Source: Octopus bimaculoides
Lineage: Eukaryota
DNA: 64,000 nucleotides
Direction: 5' to 3'
Assembly (NCBI RefSeq): GCF_001194135.2
Contig: NC_069003.1
Span: 1,237,624-1,301,623 of the forward strand
Positions 41,092-53,646 of this stretch are shown piece after piece; position 1 is the first letter of the stretch, and every line of letters starts with the position of its first letter. The notes beneath the pieces were generated by a model. That model had not been told where the DNA came from and did not search any database. It saw only the letters and a list, made by a program, of their open reading frames with translations. The translations under genes and the position numbers were made by a program.

Positions 41092-41428
41092 GGTTGAAGG
41101 TGCATGGCTTAGCTGTTAGGGATATTCGGCGCCCGATCGTAAGTCGCGAGTTCAATACCCGATCACGGGTTACGTTGTTCAGTAAGACACATTATTTCAC
41201 GTTGCTCCAGTTCACCGAGCTACCCCGGGTAAGCTGGCCCCTGTATGTCAAAGGGCCAGCTTTATCACATTCTCTGCCATGCTGAATCCACCCGAGAACT
41301 ACGTTGTCTGCGTGTCTGGGGGAGTTTTCAGCCGTTTGCACATTAATCTATTAATCTCACGAACTGGCTGTTCTATTTATCGGATTACCTGGAACATTGG
41401 TCATCGTAAACGACGGAGTACCGGTTAT
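41092..41428 (+). mobile_element. SINE with a different head and body but the family C 3' tail
   Basis: Head tggcttagctgttaggg..gagttcaatacc; the tail cccgagaactacgtt..tcagcc..cacga..ggctgttc..gacggagt is shared with 40830-40960. Confidence 0.75.
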
Positions 41429-41817
41429 TTTTTTTATTGCAACTATGATCCTAACACGCGGTTGGAACTCACTTAGGGTGTTGTGGTTCGAATCTGCACA
41501 AATTATCAGTTGTCGACAACTATTGTATCAATGCCCGCCTAGAATATCTTAGCGTGAACACTAATAGTAAGTTTCTTCAGAATACAGTCAGAAAAGCACG
41601 TAATGCGCATGTAACATACATGAATTTTTCGAGAGTTAAATCATTCGAGATCTTTCGCAACTCAAATCTTTTTGGAGAAATGATGAGGAGTCAACGACTT
41701 GTATTGCGTTGGTGTTAATTCTTCAATAACCTTATTTGGAAAACCGACGATGATGATGACACAATGGCAACGTACTCCCACAAACCCATAGACATGAAAG
41801 AAGACAGCTTCAGTTTC

Positions 41818-42500
41818 TAAGCGAGGAATAATACTCCTTTAAACACCACTGAAAGTGCAAAGAACCCATTTTAAACAGAATAAAATGTTTACGACTTCCA
41901 TTGAGATTGGTGTACAATGGGCATTTCTGAAATTTCTAATCTTAATAGGAGACAGTTTGCATGAGAGAGATAGAGTATGTGTGTGTGTTTGGGCGTGCGT
42001 TTGCATGTGTATAATTTAATGGAAATTAAGTTTGTAATCTGTTACCAAAGGCTTCACAGGAATGAGTTCGTCGACATTAAGTATTTGATACTAAATTATT
42101 ATCTAAATTTCATTACATAATTCACACCCACGAGCAACTAAATAAACCTTCTCTCAGTTCACCGTTGACAACATTTACATTGCGTTTGGTCAAAAGTTTT
42201 GCAATATTTTGTAAACATTTTTGCTTAATTCGTCATTTAACAGGCAAAGCAACCCCGCATTCAAAGTAGAGGCCAACGTGTTATATTGTCTGAGGCCAGA
42301 ACATTCTTAAAGTTCTTTGACTCCACATTGATACCAATTGTTTTCCTTCAAGAGAAGAACTCCTGCACTGAGGATTCCCTCCTCGTCTTGGTTTATGAAA
42401 TATTGCAGCGGCAGGAAGTGAGCCATTGATCGGAACAAGTAAGGTTGTAACTTGACGAAGAGCGAAAATAATTTAGCGAAATGTTACAAAACTTTTGATT

Positions 42501-42544
<44 letters not shown>

Positions 42545-42667
42545 TGAGGAATAATGTTCCTTTAAACAGCATTGAAAGTGCAAAGAACCCATCTTAAACA
42601 GAATAAAATGAATACGACTGACATTGGAGTTGGTGTGCAATGGGAATATCTCATCTAATCTGAATAG
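41818..42667 (+). repeat. ~130-bp direct repeat (41818-41948 and 42541-42667) bracketing the mariner relic
   Basis: taag(c/t)gaggaataat..tcctttaaaca..tgaaagtgcaaagaacccat(t/c)ttaaacagaataaaatg..ttggtgt(a/g)caatggg. Confidence 0.85.
42176..42508 (-). mobile_element. Internally deleted mariner element retaining the transposase C-terminus
   Basis: Inverted repeats TCAAAAGTTTTGCAATATTT (42190-42209) and 42479-42498 match at 18/20. The minus strand gives, with frameshifts, YLFRSMAHFL..NQDE..SVQEFFS.KENNWYQCGVKEL..WPQTI*HVGLYFEC (about 42257-42445). Confidence 0.8.
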
Positions 42668-42889
42668 AATATATATACATATATACATACATNNNNNNNN
42701 NNNNNNNNNNNNNNNNNNNNNNNNNNNNNNNNNNNNNNNNNNNNNNNNNNNNNNNNNNNNNNNNNNNNNNNNNNNNNNNNNNNNNNNNNNATATATATAT
42801 ATATATATACATGCATATATATATGTGTGTGTCTATCTATATGTATAATACACACACGCATATATATATATAAATATATATATTGCTAC

Positions 42890-43052
42890 GATCAGACAAA
42901 TTATAATGTAAGAAAAAGGGGTAAACTTCTGATCGCAAGAACAAAGTGTTCAAACAGGGAAGTAAATGTTCATATATGGAGATTATATCCAGTCTCGATT
43001 GTTTCAAGGTGGGTGGGGAACGGTCCGACCCGTATGCAGCTCCGTCTCTCGT
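42890..43052. repeat. Dispersed repeat, second copy of 16488-16643
   Basis: Direct alignment to 16488-16643; lies just upstream of the zf-RVT fragment. Confidence 0.85.
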
Positions 43053-43182
43053 TCTATCCGCACCAAGCTCCAGCTGTCCTCCCCACTCCCCTTTTTAACA
43101 GGAAGTGAACGAGGTTACCTGCCTCGTACTATGCTAACTTCCAGTATATATATTTGGTTATCCATACCAACGTTATTTCACT

Positions 43183-44068
43183 CCTGGTCTGACTTTATGG
43201 CAGAAGGAGTGCCGTCAGGCACTCTGGTCTATCCACAAGACGGGCAAGGCTGGCTGCGGGAATACCACCTCGGTATTTTACAGACGGCTAGTGGAGGAGG
43301 GAAACGATGACGTCTTAGGAGGGGCTCTGGGGTTCGACGAGAACCAACTCGCCAACCTATTTCGTAAGACCTTCAAGCCAGAGTACTTGGATAATTTCCA
43401 AAAATCTCTGACTTGGCAGAGTTACAGGAATGCTCTACCTGTTCGCGAAAAGTTATCCAGGCACGGTTTAGCAGTGCCACCGACATGTCCGAGATGCGAG
43501 CAGGACAGTGGAACTGTCCAGCACGCTCTCNNNNNNNNNNNNNNNNNNNNNNNNNNNNNNNNNNNNNNNNNNNNNNNNNNNNNNNNNNNNNNNNNNNNNN
43601 NNNNNNNNNNNNNNNNNNNNNNNNNNNNNNNNNNNNNNNNNNNNNNNNNNNNNNNNNNNNNNNNNNNNNNNNNNNNNNNNNNNNNNNNNNNNNNNNNNNN
43701 NNNNNNNNNNNNNNNNNNNNNNNNNNNNNNNNNNNNNNNNNNNNNNNNNNNNNNNNNNNNNNNNNNNNNNNNNNNNNNNNNNNNNNNNNNNNNNNNNNNN
43801 NNNNNNNNNNNNNNNNNNNNNNNNNNNNNNNNNNNNNNNNNNNNNNNNNNNNNNNNNNNNNNNNNNNNNNNNNNNNNNNNNNNNNNNNNNNNNNNNNNNN
43901 NNNNNNNNNNNNNNNNNNNNNNGTCTGAGAAAGTATATGAACGAAGATGGAAGGAAGTAGTGAAAAAGGTGGGTGTAAGTCACCCAAACTAATCATTGTG
44001 AAAATAAAAGGCAAACTGCTGGGCCTTATAGGCTGCCGGGTTGAAAAACCCAATCTCCCCTTCTTTTT
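43183..44068 (+). mobile_element. 5'-truncated L1/Tx1-type non-LTR retrotransposon 3' end (zf-RVT domain)
   Basis: Frame LWQKECRQALW..TTSVFYRRLVEEG..FQKSLTWQSYRNALPVREKLSRHGLAVPPTCPRCEQDSGTVQHAL has the zf-RVT W-R-LP-L-G-CPRC-H pattern (CPRC 43486-43497). It resumes after the gap to a stop at 43990-43992. Confidence 0.8.
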
Positions 44069-44109
44069 ATAGACATACATGTGTGTAGGTGTATGTATGG
44101 GTATGGGTA

Positions 44110-44146
<37 letters not shown>

Positions 44147-45870
44147 ATGTATGTATGTGTATATATATATATATATTTATATAGATGTGTGTGGGTATGC
44201 ATGCATATGTATGTCTGGATATTCAAAGTCATCGTTTTTTAAATTTTATAAAAACATCGTAAAACATTTTAAAACAGAACTTCATACATCTTGTACATTT
44301 GTTTGTATTTGTCTTTGTATCATCTCTGTAAATTAGATCCGTAGTGATCATAATAAAAATTTCATTTCACTCCTGCCAAACGGTCGTTGACAAACGTTTA
44401 TCTCGCCACCTTCGGAAAATATAGGGTAAGTTCTCACCCTTCATTATATTATAGTTATACATAACAATATATATATAAAAACATATATATAAACTTTAAA
44501 AACATAGGCAGTGATGCAGCTATGTTTCTATATAGATAATAGAAAGGTGTAATAAGAGACAAACATATGTACATTCAACACTACGTTCATTCAACATTAA
44601 TATATTATTTCAATAAATTTCGCCTTGAAGGCGAGCTACAACACATAATATACAACAACAAAGTCAACAAACACATAATAGAAAATATATGCCAGTCTGT
44701 GTAATAAAACCATCTGGTATATATCTATATATCTATTAAGAGACGGTAAGCTACCAATTACTAAAAGTAGCAGGGGCGGATAACTATAATGTGGATTATT
44801 TTCGAGGCGGCCATTGTTTGCCTTTCAATATTTCCGGTTTAATTTTCCATATTTTAGTTATTATTGTTGGTGTGGTGATTTTCGTGGCGGCGGTGGTGGT
44901 GTTATAGCTGTTTCTGGTATTTTCGTTCGTTGTTATTGCTTCTGCTGTTGTTTTTGTTGTCGTGTGTAATTATTTTCGATGACATCATTTTCTCATCATT
45001 TTGCGTGGTTTTGTTTTCGCCATTTTTATACCACCACATACACCACCACCACTCCTAATAGAACTGCCATATTGCTGCTACAACTATTATTACAAACTAC
45101 TATTACTACTACTACTACTACTACGGCAAGTACGTGTATTCTTTTTACTACCGTTTTTACGGCTAAACAATTTCGGTTACAATGCTGATTGGGGTGAATT
45201 CTTCGCTGTCGCAATCGTTGTTCCTCTCGATATAGTTGCTATTGTTGTTGCCGCTGATAAATTTGCAGTCTCAAAGTACGTATGTATGTATGTAAAGTGT
45301 TACATTTATCATAAGCATAATTACATATGCACACATCGTCATGCAGAGACACACACACAGCTACGTATGCGTGCATCTACAAGCAGCAGCGTGGCACAAA
45401 ATTAGTAAGAATTCAGCGAGGAACAGCTGTTCTGCATCAAAACACCTTCTTGCCTCACACTTCAAATGTGTTCTTAATCTGCACACCCAAGCTGGATCAC
45501 TTTGTCTTCCCGTCTTTATACTTTCATCAACGTTAACCAAACAATCTTAATGCGTTCCTATAGTCATTAACCAAATATTCTTCTTACATTTTCTATCGTC
45601 GTTCTTCTTGTTGATGTTCTTGTTGTCGTTGTCTATCTTCGAAACTGGATTTTTTTTAGCTGTTGATGTAGCTGAAGACTTTTTTTAAAATTCTAATATC
45701 AGTATGAAATTTCAGAACCAAGCAGATACATCACTTTCCTTTCGTACATGCATGCATGCATGCATACATACACACATACAAGTTTATATACATGCATGCA
45801 TATAAGCATACATACAGACATTGATGGATATGTACTTATATATACATATATATATATATTGTTGTTGTAT

Positions 45871-46000
45871 TTGGGGATGGTCATATTGCCAGTTTAGCCA
45901 ATAAAAACACACGCACTGTATATTTGGTGTTAATTTGCTTCAGATTTATATTACATTAGGTTACATTAATCCTGTTTCGGCCAGAGTTCTTTCGTCACAC
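45871..46000 (-). mobile_element. Possible Penelope-like element terminal relic with a degenerate minimal hammerhead
   Basis: Minus strand GUGACGA aagaacucuggcc GAAAC agga UUA auguaacc (45959-45998). The family assignment is inferred. Confidence 0.4.
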
Positions 46001-46214
46001 TTGAAAACAGGCATTGACAAAACAATAAAATAGTGAATGTAGATTCTATTAAATTTTTAAAATTAAATGTATTTTAATAAACACTTACTTTACAATTATT
46101 TAGTGTGTATATATTATTTGGGACACCCTGTATATATATACACACACACACACACAAACTCACACGCACATATATAAATATACACATGGGCGTATCTATC
46201 TCCCTATATATCCA

Positions 46215-46255
<41 letters not shown>

Positions 46256-46430
46256 CTCTGTACATATATATAGCAAGAACGAGGTAGATGCTGGAGCCGT
46301 TTGTTGTCTACGATAATTAATGCAAAACTAAATTCTACGAAGAACACAATTGCTAACGAACACGTAATGCTGATGCTGTTGATCATAAGTCACAGTCGTT
46401 GTCGTCGTAACAGTAGTAGTGCTAGATTTC

Positions 46431-46467
<37 letters not shown>

Positions 46468-46964
46468 AATTAGTAGTATCTATCTCTGTATTTCTCTTTC
46501 TGTCCATCTGTCTATATACATTTTTTAAAGAATGAGTAGTCGTAGTAGTAGTAGTAGTAGTAGTAGTAGAAAAAGGAGGAGGAGGGGAAATTTACAGTAT
46601 CAGTATTATAAAATAAAACAAAAGATGAAGAACTAATGACTTTCCAAAATTTTAATGACAACATTACTGATGGGGATAATGACAAATAATGATGGTTTCG
46701 GTGATGTTGGTGGTTGTGGTTATACTGTCGGTAGTGGCGGTGGTGTGTGTTGATGATGATGATGAGGAGGAGGAGGAGGAGGAAGAGGAGGAGAATGACG
46801 GTAAAAACGATCAGGATGACGGCACTGAAAATTTCAAGATGTTTACACTAATTACTTTTCGATAGGCGCCGCTGTAGCTTGCTGTGTATTTTGAAACGCA
46901 CACAGAAACTCATAACGCGCACACACAGACACTGACAGACACACACACGCATATGTATGCACAA

Positions 46965-47011
<47 letters not shown>

Positions 47012-47939
47012 CTTGTACACATATTTATGAATATGCATGCATATGTGATCATGTACTATCGATATATATACATATATATATATATGTGTATGTATATATA
47101 TGTATGTATATACATGAATGTATATATATATATGTAGATAGATAGATACATATACCCAATATATATATATATATATCTGAATCTATCTATCTTTATATAT
47201 ATATGTGTGTGTATGTTCATGTATGTGTAAGCACACGGATGAAAGACACACATCCACGCTCACTTACATATATGTAAACGAAAGAACGAAGACACTTTTA
47301 CACACACACACACAGATACGTATAGGTGGAATATATTTACCAGCTGTAATTCAACATGATAAATTACCTGCACTGACTTAATTCCGCCATTCCCTCAGCA
47401 AGCGTGCAATAACAACATTTGAGTTCTTTGTCTTAAACACGTAAATAAAACTCCTTACAATAAACGTTTTACACTCTATTTATCTACGCCAGCTCAGATA
47501 CGCACGTGAATGCATTCATATAGTTTTTTTTCCTTACAAAAGCCCTCTGTTTGTACAGCAAAATAAACAGATGTGTGCATAGAATAATCTTCATCTTTCT
47601 TGTCCGCATGATTCATTCACTGATCGGGGGGACAGCATTTTCAAACTATAACTTAACGCCTCTACCGTCAGCATATTGGAAGATCCCAGGTGTATATAAT
47701 TAGATTACCTACACGAACGAAATATATTTTTCTTACTGAGAAAGATACAAAGTATTGTCAGAAACGCACGCAGACCTGGGCGAAAGTTATAACTAATTTC
47801 GTAGTAAGATTTGGATTTTGTAATTTGCTCGGATATACTAATATGATTATATTATGTTAAACCTAACTTGAATAGATCACCTCACTATGATTCCAAAATA
47901 CATTGTACTGCATTTCAGAAGTGGCGCGGTAACTAACTA

Positions 47940-47981
<42 letters not shown>

Positions 47982-48016
47982 GTCCATTTACTATCTCTCT
48001 TTCTCTTCCATCTTAC

Positions 48017-48112
48017 CTGCTGGGATGTATTAGCTATACAAAAGGGAAAAGTCAGGATTGCTAGGGGCATCGAAAGCGTCACATTTTCACGAACAGATCT
48101 CCTTTGGTGCCT
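48017..48112 (-). CDS. Candidate 96-nt symmetric coding exon, unknown product
   Basis: Acceptor T11-CACATAG and donor CAG|GTAAGA; one open frame RHQRRSVRENVTLSMPLAILTFPFCIANTSQQ; no homology recognised. Confidence 0.3.
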
Positions 48113-48729
48113 CTATGTGAAAAAAAAAAATGCTTCCACGACAATTCCATTTAATAAATATCGGAAATATACCTTAATGCAGTTAAACTCTAACGTCTTA
48201 GTAAAATAGAACAGTTAAACGTATGTTGAACCTTTAAACGTTTCTCATTATATATCTTATTCATTGCAAATGACCTAAAGCTAAATGATAATAATGAACG
48301 ACATAACATTATTTTAATGACAGTGAAATAACTGAAGCAGCTGCTAAGCTATAGAAACACAAAAACATTCATTGGCTTCATAATGGTGAGTCTTGGAAGA
48401 ATTGATTAGAATCGGTATATGTCACAAGCTTAAAGTTGTACACTTCTTGATACAGAAGATGCAAATATTCGACATTTAAGAATGGATAAGAGCCGAATAC
48501 ATTAGTCATTCGCCTCTATATGTTTTCAGATTGATCCTACTGTGCTGTAACTTAATATGGTGTCTTTTATAACAACCTGGTTTCGAATATTAAGCTTTCA
48601 GAATCAAAACTAATCGAGGGATGCATTTTGTAAGTTTGTTGGGTGGTTGACGCAACTAGTTCACTGGTTTATTTTTAAGGTTTAAACTGGAAGAGACTAG
48701 ATTAGTCCATGACATTTTTTTTTATTCAG

Positions 48730-48812
48730 GGTCTTCTTCATGGATAAAATGAGAAGAAAGACATGGTTCACAAACCCTGTTGCAGAGAGACCTCGATTAA
48801 AGATATTCAATG
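48730..48812 (+). CDS. Candidate 83-nt coding exon, unknown product
   Basis: Acceptor T9-ATTCAG and donor ATG|GTAAGG; open frame VFFMDKMRRKTWFTNPVAERPRLKIFN; no homology recognised. Confidence 0.3.
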
Positions 48813-50410
48813 GTAAGGTACTGATGTAACTGAGTACCAGATTAAATTTTTAACACACGAGAGCGAAACGAGGCGGTACAATTAAAAAAAATATCTGTCG
48901 ATTACTTCGCTTGAACTCTGCGTTGAAATGGTGTTTATTTCAAGAACACTGAAAATAAACTAAGTTAACTCCTACGGGCTTTGAACTCAAGGGTAAACAT
49001 CCGCATCATATACAGCATTGTTTTTCATATGCACTGATGTCTTATTTCGATATTCATTTTAACACTGCACCAAGTTTTTCTTCGGGTTCTGTTAGTGTAG
49101 TTAGTGTAGTTAATTATTATGCAAACATTAATGCCGGGATAAGCCTCAGCGAATAACTCACATACTTCCTTTCGTTCCAGCAGTCAAGAAATAAGCGCCT
49201 CATTATCAACGTTAAAACACTCTACAACTGAGATATTGAAATAACAATTTCAAACTACAAGTCCCTATATAATTGTCTTGTGTGCCGAAAATTATAAATA
49301 GTAACGACACATCGTTTCTTACTCTTGTCACCAAGATAAACAAGGAACTTGCAAGGAGCGAGCCTCTGAGCGGACGTTCAATAATTATCACAAAATTCTC
49401 TCAAACAAAACAAAAAAAAAAATACAATACTTTTTAATGAATGTGGAATATTTCACTTGTAAATTGCTAGATCGATCCTATCTGAAATAAGGCGACGGCA
49501 GTCAACGTTGAAATGTTTTGGGGCATAGGTTTACTCGGCCAGAGTTTCAAGTATATGACGGGAAGAAAGACAAGGTATTTAGTGTTTTCTATTTTTTTTC
49601 TTTTATTTAAACGAATACACGGGTCTGACCCAAACTTATTAGATGAAGGTTACGCAGACTCGCAAATTAGCGGATATTGTGTTCTTTTGCATCTTCCTCA
49701 AAGTTCACCACCATCAGGCAAGGACTCCAAAATAATTTGTGCGTCAGCAAAAAACAGATCGTGTAACATACTTCTAATATCGGAAAGAACAGCAAAAAGA
49801 ATTTTTTAAATGTTTATAGGAAATTAGAAATATTCGAACAATATTTGGACATTCTAAACTCATAAATATATTACGGAAGAGTTTGTTTGGGAAAGGAGAA
49901 TGAGAAAAAAAGAAAGGCTATTTTTTTATTTCTCTCGATAGCATTCAACGAAGGAATGTTTGTATCAACATTAAATTCAGTGCTGCAGTATGGACATATC
50001 TTATCAACAACGCACTCCTTTTTACAAGTACATAGGTATGTACACAGGTACAGATGTATAACTACATATATACATATATACATATATATATATAAAGTTA
50101 AAAACAGGCACAAATGTATATGTAATTAAATATGAAATAAGGAAATATCTTGATTTTTTTCAGTCTCTCTGTAAGCTTGTGTGTATGGGAATATTCATGT
50201 ATGCGGATTTATGTATATAGTTATGAATACAGGTGTAAATAAGAATGTATTTATCAAACTTATACCTGTCTAGTTATATATATATCTCCCTCATTCTTTC
50301 CTTATTTCTCTCTCTTTCTCACCTTCTATATGGAGAGAGAAAGAGAAAAAGGTGAACAAGGAGAAAAACAGAAAGAGTGAGTGAGTGGGGAGAGAGTGAG
50401 CGAAAAATTA

Positions 50411-50457
<47 letters not shown>

Positions 50458-50691
50458 ATACAGTAAAACCAAATTGGATTAAATTTTCTAACATATACAC
50501 GAACACATTTCGAGGTTTAGTAATAATTATATGACAGTGTTTATGTTATGGGGATATTTTGGGTAAATGATTTTGGCTGCAGGGGTATACTCTAATGGTT
50601 GACTAATTAGCTGCGAAATTGAACAAAATGTTTTTCACTTGATAACCAATTGTGCAATATATATATATACACAAATGTCTATATGTGTATA

Positions 50692-50726
<35 letters not shown>

Positions 50727-50825
50727 TTTATATATAGAGATATGTGTATGTATGAATGTGTGTATATAACTATATATATACATACACACATACACACACG
50801 CGCACACACACACACACACACACAC

Positions 50826-50900
<75 letters not shown>

Positions 50901-51180
50901 AGTATGCACACACACGCACCAATATAGAAATATATGGTTCTATATCGGTGCATATTACAAAAATATTTTCAAAAGACTTTCGAATGTTTACTACGGTGAA
51001 TAAATCAATCAAAGTATTTTACAATATGTAGCTTTACTAAAATATTAATATCTTTATCATTGCTTCCGTTGGGTTTGAAACATATGCATGAATTTTGTTA
51101 TCTAACCAAAAAATTGAGACCCATAATATCCCATACCATTTCAGTTCAGTTTGTAATTTGTCAATAAGTTAATGTGGTGA

Positions 51181-51402
51181 TGCGAAGGAGCCGACAAAAT
51201 TCTTAACACCCGGTTAAAACGCTTACCAGTGTTCAGTTCGCTTTTATCTTCTTTAGAGTTCAACTTCCGCCGAGGTTCAATTTCCTTTTCATGCTTTCAA
51301 TGTCGATAAAATATGTACTAGTTTAACTCTGGCCTCGATGTAATTAACTTACCTCTTCTGGCGAAGATTTTGGCCTCGTGTCGAATAAAATTTAAAGTGA
51401 CT
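51181..51402 (+). mobile_element. Old SINE family B copy
   Basis: gagttcaacttccgccgaggttcaatttccttttcatgctttcaatgtcgataaaatatgtac. Confidence 0.7.
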
Positions 51403-51485
51403 ATTTTCATGGGGAACATTACTTCTATTTCTAAGAGGAGGCGAACGGATAACATCATTAAAAGATTGTGTATGTTTTTTTTGTT

Positions 51486-51760
51486 TGTTCCTTCTCGAGC
51501 CATGTCTGGCTCATAAGGCGGGGTTTCCCAGTTTCATTGGCGTATAGGTTCCCCACCTGGACGGGACGCCGGTCCATCGCAAGTGAGCTGCTAGATGCAA
51601 GAAGAAAGTTGTGGCAAAAGAGTGAGCAGAGGTTCGCCAATACCTTCTGCTGGAGCCGTGTGGAGCTTAAGTGTTTACCTCATAAGCACACACATCATCC
51701 GGCCTGAGATTCGAACTCGTGATTCCTCCATCACAAGTCCGCTGTTCTAACCATGTGCAT
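51486..51760 (-). mobile_element. SINE with the family C head and body but a different 3' part (V-SINE-like motif)
   Basis: 51600-51755 aligns with 58555-58710; the 3' part contains TGCGATGGACCGGCGTCCCGTCCAGG (51556-51581) and a GAGCCA/TGGCTC stem-loop. Confidence 0.7.
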
Positions 51761-51789
51761 CCAGACTGTGTATAATCCCTGCGAAAACA

Positions 51790-51890
51790 AGTAACGAAGT
51801 GGTTAGTGTGTCGCACACCTAATCGCAAGACCCTAGTTTCAAATTCCAGAATGGCGGTGCGATGTTTTCTTGAAAAAAGCATTTAATTTC
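51790..51890 (+). mobile_element. Degenerate tRNA-derived SINE head
   Basis: gaagtggttagtgtgtcg..tagtttcaaattcc..gatgttttcttgaaaaaagcattta. Confidence 0.45.
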
Positions 51891-51902
51891 TCTAACTACG
51901 TA

Positions 51903-51937
<35 letters not shown>

Positions 51938-52474
51938 TACGAAACCATGTATATAACAAGGGAAGAAATTATATATATATATATGTATAAAACCACCGTG
52001 CTCAAGTAATTACTCATTTGTCTAATGAACTTCAATGCTTACCTGCGTTCATTTGGTTTTTCTTACCTGTACTTTTTACTTCTCCATGTACTTTTATCCT
52101 TATGTTTCCTCACATTCTTCTACCATTTTTTTAGTACCAATTTCTCTTCTCTTTTCCTTCTCTCTTCCCTCTAATTTTACTCTTTCCTCTATTAGATTCC
52201 ACTTATGTACATTATGTTTTCCAATCCTTTTTTTCTATCTTCATTGATTCCTAATATTTATATATATATATTTTCCTTATTTTTGTTTTTGTTTTCCAGT
52301 TCTCTGATTTCTTTGACGTTAATTCTATTTTATTTCTCTGTCCATTTCCCCTCCTCAAAAAAAAAAAAAAAAAATATTTTAACTGCATTTTCCAATATAT
52401 TTTTTCTGTTACTTTCGTTATTTTTCTGACTTTTCTTAGTCTACCGTTTTAGTTTGCTACCGTATTTTCTTGTC

Positions 52475-52800
52475 GTCTCTCTTTCCCCACCTCTCTCTCT
52501 CTCCACCTCTCTCTCTCTCTTTCTCCCCACCTCTCTCTCTCTCCACCTCTCTCTCTCTCTTTCTCCCCACCTCTCTCTTTCCCCACCTCTCTCGCTCTCT
52601 CCACCTCTCTCTCTTACTCACTCACTCTCACTCTTTCACTCCCTCTGCACCTCTATCTCTCTGTGCCCATCTCTCTTTTTCTCCTCCTATCCTCCTTCAC
52701 TCACTCACTCACCCATTCTCACTCTTTCACTCCCTGCTCATCTTTATCTGTGTGCCCATCATTCTTTTCTACCCCCACTGCTCGCTCTCTGTCTCACTCT
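52475..52800 (+). repeat. Polypyrimidine (CT-rich) minisatellite tract
   Basis: Repeated ctctctttccccacctctctctctctccac units. Confidence 0.85.
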
Positions 52801-53279
52801 CGAATTTTCCAATTTTTCTAAATTCTATCTCGGTTCTCGTATCCTTATTTTTTTATTTTGTTACCGCTTCTTCCATTCAATATCCTAATATTTTTATACT
52901 ATAAAATTTAAAAGGTTCCATAAATTTTCTTACGTGTTCTACCTTAATTTGTTTATAGTTTTAGAGATTTTCTATTAAATCAGCCAAGGCTTTTTAATGA
53001 CTTCTCGGGTTAGATATCGGGTTAGATATCTTATCCTTCCATGCATCTATGCATTCGTGCATCTCTCTATCTGTCTATTTATATATCTACCTGTCTATTT
53101 ATATATCTACCTGTCTCTCTGTCATTCTATCTACCTACCTACCTACCTACCTATTTATCAATCAGTCAATCTATCTATCAATCGTTTCATCTCTTCGTTT
53201 CCTTCGCACACGCGCGCGCACACACACACACACACGCACACGCACACACATACACATTCTTTATTCTTTTATTCACTTA

Positions 53280-53646
53280 TCTTTTTCAGTCATTTGATTG
53301 CGGCCATGCTGGAGTACCGCATATAGTCGAGGAAATCGACCCCCGGGCTTATCATTTGTAAGCCTAGTACTTATCCTCTCGTTGTCTTTTGCTGAATCGC
53401 CAAGTTACAAGGACGTAAACACACAAGCATCGGTTGTCAAGCGATGTCGGGAGAAACACAAGCATATACAAACATACATATATACATACGACAGGCTTCT
53501 TTCAATTTCCCTCTACCAAATTCACCCACAAGTCTTTGGTCGGCCCGAGGCTATAGTAGACACACAAGGTGACACGCAGTGGGACTGAACCCGGAACCAT
53601 GTAGTTGGTAAGCAAGCTGCTTGCCACAAAGCTATTCCTATACGCA
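53280..53646 (-). mobile_element. SINE family A, near full length
   Basis: Reverse complement is collinear with 5243-5646. Confidence 0.9.

Noticed and set aside
46112-46133. GGGACACCCTGTATA, resembling a Tc1-type terminus
   Set aside because: No matching opposite TIR found in the window.
49513-49809. 98-aa non-repetitive ORF
   Set aside because: TTG start, no recognisable domain, length within chance expectation.
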